Origin: an uncultured Lachnospiraceae bacterium
Lineage (GTDB): Bacteria > Bacillota > Clostridia > Oscillospirales > CAG-272
Assembly (NCBI GenBank): GCA_964521785.1
Contig: CAZFTE010000004.1
Span: 9,724 to 73,723, forward strand
Length of the DNA stretch: 64,000 nt
Reading direction: 5' to 3'
The notes beneath the pieces were generated by a model that saw only the letters and a list, made by a program, of their open reading frames with translations, had not been told where the DNA came from and searched no databases. The position numbers were made by a program, and so were the translations under genes. This document shows, piece by piece, positions 9,280 through 17,865 of the stretch. Numbering within the stretch: the first letter of the stretch is position 1; each line of letters begins with the position of its first letter.

Positions 9280-9379
9280 TTTTCGGTTTGGTGGGTGGTA
9301 TTTTTGTTCTCTGTGATGTAGAATTAAAGCGTAAAGGCGAAGAGCTTTACGAAAAACTATCCATCAAGGAGGTCATTTT

Positions 9380-10684
9380 ATGGAAAAGAAAACTATCGGT
9401 TCGTTTATTGCTATACTCAGAAGAGCAAACGGACTAACGCAAAAAGAGCTTGCCGATAAGTTGGGAATATCGGATAAGGCGGTCAGCCGATGGGAACGCG
9501 ACGAGACTGCGCCCGATATCTCGTTGCTTCCTGCGCTTGCCGAGATACTCGGCGTAACGACAGATGAACTTTTGCGCGGCGAAAGATCGACGGAATCGCT
9601 TGCCTCCGCAAGGAACAGCGAAAAGTCCGAAAAACAGATAAAAACTTTGCTGAAAAATACACGCACTAAATTGTATATACGCACTTTGATATGTATTTTG
9701 ATAGCGATGGGCGGTCTTTTTGCCGCGATGATATGCAACAGCGTTTTTTACAGAATGTTGCTCGGATTTATCGTCACTTGCGTATTTTCGGCAACATCTG
9801 TTGTTCTTGAGATGATTTTTTCATATCTTTCTCGCAACTCGATAAACAATGAAGATATAGAAAGCGACGCTATCGCCGAAACGCGAAAATATATCATAAA
9901 AAAAGAAACGCTCGTGTTTTATATCAATGCAGTAGTGCTTGCATTCTGTTTGCCACTTGTTATCGCCGGTGAAAATTATGCGGGCGTCGATATCTCTTCG
10001 TGGTTCGTTCTCGGCGGAATATTCGCGCTGGTAGCGGCAGGAATATGCGCGTTGGCAAATATCTTCGTGGATATTCATGCGGAAAAGAAAGGCATATATG
10101 ACGTTGCAAAAGTGAACGAAAAACGCAGAAAAAGAGCAAGGATATTCGGTTTTCCCGCACTTTCTCTGTGCAAAGTTTTCGTTCCGATATTCATTGTTAT
10201 CTTAGTGGCGCAGATCTTCTGTATGTCATGCTTTGATACATATTATTTTATGGAGAAAAGCGGCGGTACCGAATGGAACGACACAGAGAAATTTTTGGAA
10301 TATATAGAAACTCCCGTGAAAGGTTCCGACTTTCAAACGAGTTATAAAGGTGTAGGTGTTTCAACTATTATCACCGAAGTCGCTATACCGAGTGATGGCG
10401 ATAAAGAATATCAATACCCCAAGACTGTATTGTTGGATAAAAACGGCGATGTGATGTTTGAATTTGAATATCGCAATAAAAACGTATACCAAGTGATATC
10501 GAGCGACAGCGAAGACGGATTGCCTATCATTACATATACTTATGATGATTATTATGCGGCGATAAGCAAAGCCGCTACGATACCTGCCGTTGCTACCATA
10601 ATATATATCGTAATGGCGGGGGTATTTACAGCGCTCTATATTATCAAGACGGTGAAAACATTCAAAAAAGAAAACGAAAGATAA
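9380..10684 (+). CDS. membrane-anchored XRE-family HTH transcriptional regulator
   Basis: The N-terminal LRRANGLTQKELADKLGISDKAVSRWERDETAPDISLLPALAEILGVTTDELL is a classic HTH_3 domain. Multiple TM segments, a roughly 130-aa non-hydrophobic domain and a final TM follow. Confidence 0.8.
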   Translation: MEKKTIGSFIAILRRANGLTQKELADKLGISDKAVSRWERDETAPDISLLPALAEILGVTTDELLRGERSTESLASARNSEKSEKQIKTLLKNTRTKLYIRTLICILIAMGGLFAAMICNSVFYRMLLGFIVTCVFSATSVVLEMIFSYLSRNSINNEDIESDAIAETRKYIIKKETLVFYINAVVLAFCLPLVIAGENYAGVDISSWFVLGGIFALVAAGICALANIFVDIHAEKKGIYDVAKVNEKRRKRARIFGFPALSLCKVFVPIFIVILVAQIFCMSCFDTYYFMEKSGGTEWNDTEKFLEYIETPVKGSDFQTSYKGVGVSTIITEVAIPSDGDKEYQYPKTVLLDKNGDVMFEFEYRNKNVYQVISSDSEDGLPIITYTYDDYYAAISKAATIPAVATIIYIVMAGVFTALYIIKTVKTFKKENER

Positions 10685-10687
10685 AGC

Positions 10688-10721
10688 AAAAAAGGTCAGT
10701 CTAAAAACGACTGACCTTTTT
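10688..10721. terminator. bidirectional intrinsic terminator
   Basis: GGTCAGTC-TAAAAAC-GACTGACC flanked by an A run on the left and a T run on the right, between convergent genes. Confidence 0.8.
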
Positions 10722-10722
10722 A

Positions 10723-11757
10723 TTATTTCGACAAGAGATATTTTATTTTCGAAGTATTGAGAGAGATAAACTTCGCCATTTTTGCATTGAGCAGAGTTTG
10801 AGATGCGGACAGCAACGTGAACGAATCGAGCCTGCTGAGGCAATGCACCTTGAAGCAGAGGTGCAGAACAGAATCTTCTATCATACATTCGACGGTCGAA
10901 TCCAATATCTTTGTTTTGCGAAGAAATTCAAATTCGAAAGATAATTCGGATAAACTGAACTTGAGCTTATTGACAAGTTCTGCTTGCGGCACATCTGTGC
11001 CGAGAGATGTTTTTGCCGATACATCTATAACGCAATCGCCATTGAGACGTTGCATCGACAGATCGACGCAACGATCGTTTGAATTTTTGAAAGCGATATA
11101 TATCATTCTCAAAACGACAAAAATGAAATCATTGAGGTTTATTCTGCCAAAACAAGCTTGTCGGTCTTTCGTCGGAATGAATTTTGATGTTAATTTCAAT
11201 CCGAGCGAGCAAAGTGAGTGTCTCACTTTATATGATATCGCAGAGACAAGCTCCGCGATATCATAAACATTTCTTTTAGTGAATGACAGGTCGCTGAACG
11301 ATGCGTTCATCAACAGCGTAAGGTCGTTGTAGAGCCTTATCGGCGCGCTTGCTTCTTCATGAAAGAGCATGGCTCGTTGAGACGCGATATACTCGCTGTA
11401 AGCCGAGATATAAAAATCCCAAAAGTTGCCCTTGTATGATTCGTTTATCCTTTTTATAAGCTTTTCGCTGTCATCGGATTGGATGCGCGAAAGAAAAACA
11501 AAAAATATATCATTTGACGGATGAGAAAAAACAAGGGCACGCGTTAATTGCGTGCCCGTTTTCAGCTCTATTTCTCTGAGATTCGAAATTTCTGCGTTTT
11601 TCATATCGTCAAATGAATGACGCATTATATTTGAACCTTTACGGAATTTCGAGAATAGTTTGGACGCAACAAAATTTTTGTATTTTATAACAAATCTTTC
11701 GTTCGTAACGATAACGGGAAATTCTATCAGGTCAAATATATCGTATGAAACGCTCAT
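10723..11757 (-). CDS. hypothetical protein, possibly PAS-like N-terminus plus degenerate histidine-kinase-like C-terminus
   Basis: 344-aa ORF starting 8 nt after the stop of the upstream decarboxylase gene. FPVIVTNERFVIKYKNFVASKLF resembles a PAS core. The C-terminal half resembles the HATPase layout but lacks clear H, N or G boxes. Low-confidence product call. Confidence 0.5.
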   Translation of the reverse strand: MSVSYDIFDLIEFPVIVTNERFVIKYKNFVASKLFSKFRKGSNIMRHSFDDMKNAEISNLREIELKTGTQLTRALVFSHPSNDIFFVFLSRIQSDDSEKLIKRINESYKGNFWDFYISAYSEYIASQRAMLFHEEASAPIRLYNDLTLLMNASFSDLSFTKRNVYDIAELVSAISYKVRHSLCSLGLKLTSKFIPTKDRQACFGRINLNDFIFVVLRMIYIAFKNSNDRCVDLSMQRLNGDCVIDVSAKTSLGTDVPQAELVNKLKFSLSELSFEFEFLRKTKILDSTVECMIEDSVLHLCFKVHCLSRLDSFTLLSASQTLLNAKMAKFISLNTSKIKYLLSK

Positions 11758-11765
11758 TTATCGAA

Positions 11766-13163
11766 TCAAACAGTGTGTATCTTCTTGTCGAAATCAGCAT
11801 TTGCGCCGTCTATGTTGTACATAGCGTTCTTTCTTGCTTCGAAGAACTTAACGGCAACCTGCTCGAAGAGTGCATATGTAAGAACGTCTTCGTCCTGGAT
11901 AGCCCAAGGTTTAACCTTTTCGCGGAGCGTATCAAGTTCGGGCTTGAGATCGTCTGCGGGACGGTAAGTGATGGGTTTTTCGGAACCGAGGATCTGTTTT
12001 GTGAACGCGGGTTCGATCTTAACGGGTGTTTTACCGTATTCGCCGCGAACGAGCCCCTTAAATTCTTTTGTGCACATCTTGTAACGTTCTCCGCCGATTA
12101 CATTGAATACAGCCTGTGTACCAACGATCTGGGAAGAAGGAGTTACGAGCGGAGGATAACCTGCGTCTGCACGAACGCGCGGAACTTCTGCAAGAACCTC
12201 GTCAAGCATTTCGGATTTGCCTGCCTGCTTGAGCTGAGAAACGAGGTTGGAAAGCATACCGCCGGGAACCTGATAACGAAGGGCATTAACGTCAACCTTG
12301 AGAACTTTGGGATCGAGCAAGCCTTCCTTCATGTATTTCTCACGGAGAGGTGTGAAGTGTTTGCATACTTTATCGAGTTCGCCGAGATCGAGACCTGTAT
12401 CAAATTCCGTGCCTGCGAGAGTAGCTACCATAGCTTCTGTGGAAGGCTGGCTAGTACCCATAGCAAGGGGAGAGATAGATGTGTCGATGATATCAACGCC
12501 TGCTTCGATAGCTTTAAGGAGAGTCATGGAAGCAAGACCTGATGTGTAGTGTGTATGAAGTTCAACGGGGATCTTAACTTTCTTCTTGATCATTGTTACA
12601 AGCTCGTAAGCGTTGTAAGGTGTGAGAAGACCTGCCATATCCTTGATGCAGATAGAGTCTGCGCCCATTTCTTCAAGCTGCTTTGCGTAAGCCGCAAAGC
12701 CTTTGTTGGAGTGAGCGGGGCTTGTTGTATAGCTGATAGCAGCCTGAACATGACCGCCCTCTTTCTTTGTGGCGTCGATAGCTGTTTTAAGGTTTCTGGG
12801 GTCGTTAAGTGCGTCGAAGATTCTGATGATGTCGATACCGTTTGCGATAGATTTCTGAACGAAATATTCAACAACGTCATCTGCATAGTGGCGGTAGCCG
12901 AGAATGTTCTGACCACGGAAGAGCATCTGAAGCTTTGTATTTTTTACTTTGTCGCGGATAGTACGGAGTCTTTTCCAGGGGTCTTCGTTAAGGAAACGAA
13001 GGCAAGCGTCGAATGTAGCGCCGCCCCAAGCTTCCAAAGAGTAGTATCCGATTTTATCCATCTGCTCCAAGATGGGGAGCATTTCTTCCGTTGTCATACG
13101 TGTTGCAATCAAGGACTGGTGCGCATCACGAAGAACGGTTTCACAAATTTTTACTTGTGCCAT
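11766..13163 (-). CDS. oxaloacetate decarboxylase alpha / transcarboxylase 5S-type carboxyltransferase (no biotinyl domain)
   Basis: 465 aa. The ETVLRDAHQSLIATRMTTEEMLPI and YSLEAWGGATFD motifs are of the pyruvate-carboxyltransferase (HMGL-like) family. The protein ends before any AMKM biotin site. Confidence 0.9.
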   Translation of the reverse strand: MAQVKICETVLRDAHQSLIATRMTTEEMLPILEQMDKIGYYSLEAWGGATFDACLRFLNEDPWKRLRTIRDKVKNTKLQMLFRGQNILGYRHYADDVVEYFVQKSIANGIDIIRIFDALNDPRNLKTAIDATKKEGGHVQAAISYTTSPAHSNKGFAAYAKQLEEMGADSICIKDMAGLLTPYNAYELVTMIKKKVKIPVELHTHYTSGLASMTLLKAIEAGVDIIDTSISPLAMGTSQPSTEAMVATLAGTEFDTGLDLGELDKVCKHFTPLREKYMKEGLLDPKVLKVDVNALRYQVPGGMLSNLVSQLKQAGKSEMLDEVLAEVPRVRADAGYPPLVTPSSQIVGTQAVFNVIGGERYKMCTKEFKGLVRGEYGKTPVKIEPAFTKQILGSEKPITYRPADDLKPELDTLREKVKPWAIQDEDVLTYALFEQVAVKFFEARKNAMYNIDGANADFDKKIHTV

Positions 13164-13205
13164 ATCATTTTTCCTTTCGATAAAATCATTAAATCATCAA
13201 AAATA

Positions 13206-14441
13206 TTAGTGGAGGAACTTTGCAAGGAATACGCCTGCCGCGATAGCGGAGCTGATAACACCTGCAACGTTCGGGCCCATTGCGTGCATAAGAAGGAAGT
13301 TGGAGGGGTTTTCTTCCTGACCAACGATCTGAGCAACACGCGCAGCCATAGGAACAGCGGAAACGCCTGCGGAACCGATAAGGGGGTTAACTTTGCCCTT
13401 TGTGATCCAGCACATGATCTTACCGCCGAGAAGACCGCCGAGGGTAGAGAGCATAAATGCGCAAAGACCGAGAACGATAATGGCGATAGTGGAACCTTTA
13501 AGGAAGTTTTCTGCGTTTGCCGTAGCGCCAACGGAAATACCGAGGCAGATCGTAACGATGTTCATAAATTCGTTCTGAGCTGTCTTGGAAAGTCTTTCTG
13601 TAACGCCGGATACCGTAAGAAGGTTACCGAACATAAGAAGACCAACAAGGGGAGCAGCGTCGGGAACGAGGAGACAAACGATAGCTGTTACGAGGATGGG
13701 GAATATGATAAGCTCTGTTTTGGAAACAGGGCGAAGAGTCTCCATCTTGATAGCACGTTCTTTTTTAGTTGTAACGAGCTTCATGAGCGGGGGCTGGATC
13801 ATGGGGATGAGCGCCATATAGGAATAAGCCGCGATGGCGATAGCACCCAAGAGGTGAGGAGCGAGCTTCGTTGTTACGAGGATCGCCGTGGGACCGTCAG
13901 CACCGCCGATAATACCGATGGCAGCCGCTTCGAGTTCATTGAATCCGAGAAGGAGCGCACCGATGAAAGCGGCGAAAACGCCGAGCTGAGCTGCGCCGCC
14001 GAGGAAAAGTGTTTTGGGGTTTGCGATAAGGGAAGAGAAGTCTGTCATCGCGCCAACGCCCATGAATATGAGAGAGGGGTAGATACCAAACTTAACGCCG
14101 AGGTAAAGGAAGTCGAGGAAGCCGCCGTTGTTGATTACATTGAGGAAGATGTCGGAAAGCGAATGAGAGTAAGAACCATCTGCTATCTGAACGCCGTCAA
14201 TAAACCAAGTCATGTGGAAGATTCCCGTTCCGGGGAGGTTTGCAAGGAGCATACCGAAAGCAATAGGAAGAAGGAGCAACGGCTCAAACTTTTTAACTAT
14301 TGCGAGGTATACGAGCACACCTACGATGAGGTACATTATAAGTGTTTTCACAAGGAACATGGGGTCGAAAGAACCGTCTGCGCTGGTGAAAAACTGATAT
14401 ATACCTGTTGTTTTGAGAAATTCAATAATAGTATTTAACAA
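13206..14441 (-). CDS. sodium ion-translocating decarboxylase beta subunit
   Basis: 411-aa polytopic membrane protein. FEPLLLLPIAFGMLLANLPG and the overall sequence match the OadB/GcdB/MmdB family. TTG start with an AGGAGTG SD. Confidence 0.92.
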   Translation of the reverse strand: MLNTIIEFLKTTGIYQFFTSADGSFDPMFLVKTLIMYLIVGVLVYLAIVKKFEPLLLLPIAFGMLLANLPGTGIFHMTWFIDGVQIADGSYSHSLSDIFLNVINNGGFLDFLYLGVKFGIYPSLIFMGVGAMTDFSSLIANPKTLFLGGAAQLGVFAAFIGALLLGFNELEAAAIGIIGGADGPTAILVTTKLAPHLLGAIAIAAYSYMALIPMIQPPLMKLVTTKKERAIKMETLRPVSKTELIIFPILVTAIVCLLVPDAAPLVGLLMFGNLLTVSGVTERLSKTAQNEFMNIVTICLGISVGATANAENFLKGSTIAIIVLGLCAFMLSTLGGLLGGKIMCWITKGKVNPLIGSAGVSAVPMAARVAQIVGQEENPSNFLLMHAMGPNVAGVISSAIAAGVFLAKFLH

Positions 14442-14490
14442 GTTTCATCACTCCTATTTCAAGCTGCATTATTTTCTTCGCAATAACTTA

Positions 14491-14865
14491 TCAGTTGAGT
14501 GTGAAAAGAACGTCGCCGCTGGAAATGGAAGCGCCAACAGATGTGTTTACTGTTGCAACTGTTGCGTCTTCGGGAGCTTTGATCTCGTTTTCCATCTTCA
14601 TAGCTTCGAATACGCAAAGGATGTCGCCTTTTTTAACTGCTGCGCCTGCGCTAACGTTTACTTTAACGATAGTACCGGGCATGGGGGCAGAGATCTTTGT
14701 TTTGCCCTGTGCGCCTGCGGGAGCGGGAGCTGCTTTGGGTGCTGCTGCGGGAGCTGCAACAGGTGCAGCAACAGGAGCTGCAACGGGAGCGGAAGCGCCG
14801 CCTGCAACTTCTTCAACGTTTACAACATATGTCTGACCGTTTACTGTGATATTATATGTTTTCAT
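14491..14865 (-). CDS. biotin carboxyl carrier subunit
   Basis: 124 aa with an Ala/Pro linker and the biotinylation motif EAMKMENEI. Confidence 0.9.
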   Translation of the reverse strand: MKTYNITVNGQTYVVNVEEVAGGASAPVAAPVAAPVAAPAAAPKAAPAPAGAQGKTKISAPMPGTIVKVNVSAGAAVKKGDILCVFEAMKMENEIKAPEDATVATVNTSVGASISSGDVLFTLN

Positions 14866-14883
14866 TTCAATCTATCCTCCGGA

Positions 14884-15249
14884 TTATTTAATGTGTTTGA
14901 AAGATACAACGCGGAATTTTGTTACGGGCTCTCCGCTGTAAGCCGATATAGCTGCCGCGAGAACGGCAACGAGTTCGCTGTCATCGCTTGCTGCTGCAAC
15001 GGGAGCGGCGGGAGCTGCTGCGGGTACTTCAGCGGGAGCGGAAGCTGTTTCTTTTGCCTTTGCTTCTTTTTTAGCTGTCTTACGAGAGGTGTCAAAAGCG
15101 AAGCCGAGAACTTTGATAGCCGCATAGATTATCGTGAGTATCGCGAATATAGCGAGCATACCGAGCAAGAGCGTTTGACCACCGAGAGAGAGCTTATCGA
15201 GCAAAGTGGAATTTTCGTTTATGATTGTTGTTGTCTGATCGAGCATCAT
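14884..15249 (-). CDS. OadG-family small membrane subunit
   Basis: 121 aa with a single N-terminal TM, an Ala/Pro-rich linker and the C-terminal ELVAVLAAAISAY motif typical of OadG/MmdD proteins. Confidence 0.75.
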   Translation of the reverse strand: MMLDQTTTIINENSTLLDKLSLGGQTLLLGMLAIFAILTIIYAAIKVLGFAFDTSRKTAKKEAKAKETASAPAEVPAAAPAAPVAAASDDSELVAVLAAAISAYSGEPVTKFRVVSFKHIK

Positions 15250-15267
15250 GGAAGTGTCCTCCTATGA

Positions 15268-16671
15268 TCAAAGAAGCATTTCAAGAGCTGCTGCGATTCT
15301 CTGACGAAGTTCGTTAGAAGCGATGATGTCGTCGATGTGGCCGCTCTTTGCAGCCGCAACGGGAGTTGCACATTTTTCTGCCCATTCGTCAGCGATCTTG
15401 TCGTGTTTGGATTCGTCGTTTACAAGGCCGAGGAAAGCAACGGCAGATTTGGGTTCCATAGCCGCGATCTTAGCGGATTCGAGAGCGATGCAAACGTCAG
15501 CGCCGAGGGATTTGGAGCCCATAGCTGTGTAAGCCGCGCCGTAGGAACGACCGAGAGTAACAGTGATCTTGGGAACATAAGAAAGCGCATATGTCTTTGC
15601 AAGATCTGCGATCTTAGCGGAGATGCCTTTCTTTTCTGTTTCTTCGCAAGCGGGAACGCCTTCGCTGTCAACGAGAGTGATAACGGGGATATCCTGTGCG
15701 TCGCATTTTTCGATGAAAGAAGCGGCTTTTTCAGCTGCGCAACCGCAGAGATGACCGCCCTTCTGTGCGGGGTTGTTCGCAACAACGGCAACAACGTGTC
15801 CGTTCATCGTTGCAAGACCGCATACCATAGCTTTAGCGCTTTCTGCGTAAAGTTCTGTGAAGGAGCCTGCGTCGAATACGTTTGCGATAACGTCGTGAAC
15901 GTCATAGTTTTCGCTAGTTGTGTCAACTTCAACAAGTCTGTTGGGGGTGTCCGCCGTAGCGATCTCACCTGCAAAGTAAGCAACGAGTTTTCTTGCTTTA
16001 GCAAGAGCGTCTGCGTCGTTTTCTGCAACGATAGCGGCAACGCCTGCGTTAGCGAGGTCTTCGGCACCGCCGAGTTTTTCGCCTGCGGCAGTCATGTACA
16101 TCTTGCCTGTAGACTTAGCGGCGATAACAAAATCGAACATCTGTGCGATAACGGCCGCATGACCTGTGCAAGGACCTGCAACGATAGCGATCTGAGGGAT
16201 CTCTGCGTTAGCGGCGCAAGCCATGATGGAGCCGTAACCTGCGAGAGCGTCAACACCTTCGAGTACCTTAGCACCTGCGGAATCGAATACGCCGATGATG
16301 GGCGCTTCGGCAACAGTTGCCATTTCATAGATTTTTGCGATCTTTTTCGCGTGCATTTCGCCGAGGGCACCGGAGAGTCTTGCAAAATCCTGAGAGAATG
16401 CGAAAACGAGAGTGCCGTCGATAGCGCCGTAACCTGTTACAACAGGTTCGAAAGCGTCATCATTCGCGGAATCGAACTCCGTTGTTTTTCTGCCGACGTA
16501 TGCGCCGACTTCAACGAATGTGCCTTCGTCAAACAACGCAGCCATGCGGGAAGCGGCAGAGAGCTTGCCTGCTTTCGCAAGTGCAGCATCTGCGCGAGCC
16601 TGTTCATCTGCAAGAGCCTTACGCATTTCTGCCGCAGTCATGCGAGATGAAAAAATGTTTTTTTCAGCCAT
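15268..16671 (-). CDS. acyl-CoA carboxyltransferase (methylmalonyl-CoA decarboxylase alpha / 12S-like), divergent
   Basis: It has carboxyl-transferase domain motifs (VVTGYGAIDG, LSGALGEMHAKKI, GVFDSAGAKVLEGVDALAGYG). The second ATG (MAEKN) is preferred because of SD spacing. At about 467 aa it is shorter than typical family members. Confidence 0.85.
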   Translation of the reverse strand: MAEKNIFSSRMTAAEMRKALADEQARADAALAKAGKLSAASRMAALFDEGTFVEVGAYVGRKTTEFDSANDDAFEPVVTGYGAIDGTLVFAFSQDFARLSGALGEMHAKKIAKIYEMATVAEAPIIGVFDSAGAKVLEGVDALAGYGSIMACAANAEIPQIAIVAGPCTGHAAVIAQMFDFVIAAKSTGKMYMTAAGEKLGGAEDLANAGVAAIVAENDADALAKARKLVAYFAGEIATADTPNRLVEVDTTSENYDVHDVIANVFDAGSFTELYAESAKAMVCGLATMNGHVVAVVANNPAQKGGHLCGCAAEKAASFIEKCDAQDIPVITLVDSEGVPACEETEKKGISAKIADLAKTYALSYVPKITVTLGRSYGAAYTAMGSKSLGADVCIALESAKIAAMEPKSAVAFLGLVNDESKHDKIADEWAEKCATPVAAAKSGHIDDIIASNELRQRIAAALEMLL

Positions 16672-16733
16672 GTTTATCATTCCTTTCCGACCTTTTGGGT
16701 CAAAGCAAAGATAGAATCTTATTTTTCAGAACG

Positions 16734-16761
16734 AGAAAAAAACAGCCCTTGCATATCGGCT
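16734..16761 (-). promoter_or_regulatory. terminator-like hairpin plus U-run in the operon leader (possible attenuator)
   Basis: The minus strand reads CAGCC-GATATGCAAG-GGCTG followed by TTTTTTT, about 60 nt upstream of the start codon and downstream of the predicted promoter. The stem is only 5 bp. Confidence 0.3.
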
Positions 16762-16807
16762 GAATATGTTCAAACTGCTTTGTCTCACTCTAAAATCTTA
16801 TAATAAA

Positions 16808-16836
16808 ATTTTATCACAAACGATTTGAAATATCAA
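16808..16836 (-). promoter_or_regulatory. sigma-A type promoter of the decarboxylase operon
   Basis: The minus strand reads TTGATA, a 17-nt spacer, then TGaTAAAAT. Confidence 0.5.
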
Positions 16837-17003
16837 TAGTTTTCCGTTTTATTTTACGTGTTTTTTAATATTTATTTAACATTTTGTGCATATACGAGAA
16901 TATGCGGTCAAGCCCGAGAAAAATCTTGACAAAATTTATTGACGTACCGCTGTCTGTTGTGTTATAACTTATTCATAAGAAAAATAAAGAGAGGTAAACT
17001 CAA

Positions 17004-17816
17004 ATGAGCGATCTTATGAAAAAGAATAAAACATGGATATCTTCCGCACATCAGGGATATGTAAAGCCCGGTATGCAATCAAACACGCTCGATGCTTTTT
17101 ATCTTGCGGCGAAAAAAGGCGCGGATATGATAGAGACCGATGCACGTATGACGAAAGACGGTATTCTTATAGCGAATCACGACCCGGAAGTAAAGGGATA
17201 TGATGCAGACGGACGACCTGTCAAATTGGTCATATCCGAGACTGATTATGCTGAGATAGCGAAGGTAAGACTTACCGAAGAGGAAACATACGATAACAGA
17301 GTTCCTACGCTTGAAAAAGTCATAGAGCTTGCTTATTATACGGGAATGTGCATAAATATCGACCTTAAAGAGGGAATATTGCACGCCAAGGAGATCGCGC
17401 AGATGGTCGTTGCGGGAGGTATGCGCGGCAGGACTGTCTATGCGACGAACGGCGCGGGCGCAGACGCTATCCGTCTTATACTTGAGATAGACCCCGAGGC
17501 GAGATTTATCGATACGCCCGAAAATTATACGAAAGAAGCGCTTTCTGCCATCGAAGATTATCCCGCAAGATGCTTTGCGTATACGGGAAACTTCTCCGAT
17601 GAAAACATTGCGCGCATAAGAAAAAGCGGTTGTATGCTCGCCGCTATCTCATTGCACGAAAAGAATGCCGCGGTGGCATTCCGTTATCATCCCGATATGG
17701 TGGAATATCCTCATACGAGCGATTTCGAAAAGATAGATGATGAAATAATGAGCGCATACGATAAGATTTTGAATAAATCGCGACAAATAAAAAAATCACC
17801 CGTCAAAAACGGGTGA
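17004..17816 (+). CDS. glycerophosphodiester phosphodiesterase family protein
   Basis: 270 aa. GADMIETDARMTKDGILIANHD and RVPTLEKVIEL are typical GDPD motifs. Confidence 0.85.
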   Translation: MSDLMKKNKTWISSAHQGYVKPGMQSNTLDAFYLAAKKGADMIETDARMTKDGILIANHDPEVKGYDADGRPVKLVISETDYAEIAKVRLTEEETYDNRVPTLEKVIELAYYTGMCINIDLKEGILHAKEIAQMVVAGGMRGRTVYATNGAGADAIRLILEIDPEARFIDTPENYTKEALSAIEDYPARCFAYTGNFSDENIARIRKSGCMLAAISLHEKNAAVAFRYHPDMVEYPHTSDFEKIDDEIMSAYDKILNKSRQIKKSPVKNG

Positions 17817-17823
17817 TTTTTTA
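17790..17823. terminator. bidirectional intrinsic terminator (GDPD / ackA)
   Basis: ATCACCCG-TCAAAAA-CGGGTGAT with A and T runs on both flanks. The GDPD stop codon lies inside the right arm. Confidence 0.8.
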
Positions 17824-17865
17824 TAGTAATCGATATAACGATATTATATGTCTCGTTTTCGGTTA

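Noticed and set aside
10723-11757. Markedly lower GC as evidence of horizontal acquisition of the 344-aa gene, and similarly of the UDG-like gene at 5123-5701.
   Set aside because: Hand counts of about 120-nt samples gave roughly 41% for the 344-aa gene versus 44% for the neighbouring operon gene. The difference is too small to support a compositional claim without a proper calculation.
12549-14438. Very long antisense ORFs opposite real genes. Examples: 12549..14438, 15337..16650, 17848..19104, 40284..41780, 41907..43280, 43657..45915 (752 aa), 51865..53022, 57556..58788, 61578..62798, 1789..2883, 33494..34402.
   Set aside because: Where I checked (17848..19104 vs ackA) the ORF is in codon register with the well-supported gene on the other strand. 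Their translations are low-complexity, Cys/Phe/Val/Arg-rich and lack any motif, SD or start context. They are shadow ORFs caused by sense-strand avoidance of TTA, CTA and TCA codons, not overlapping genes.
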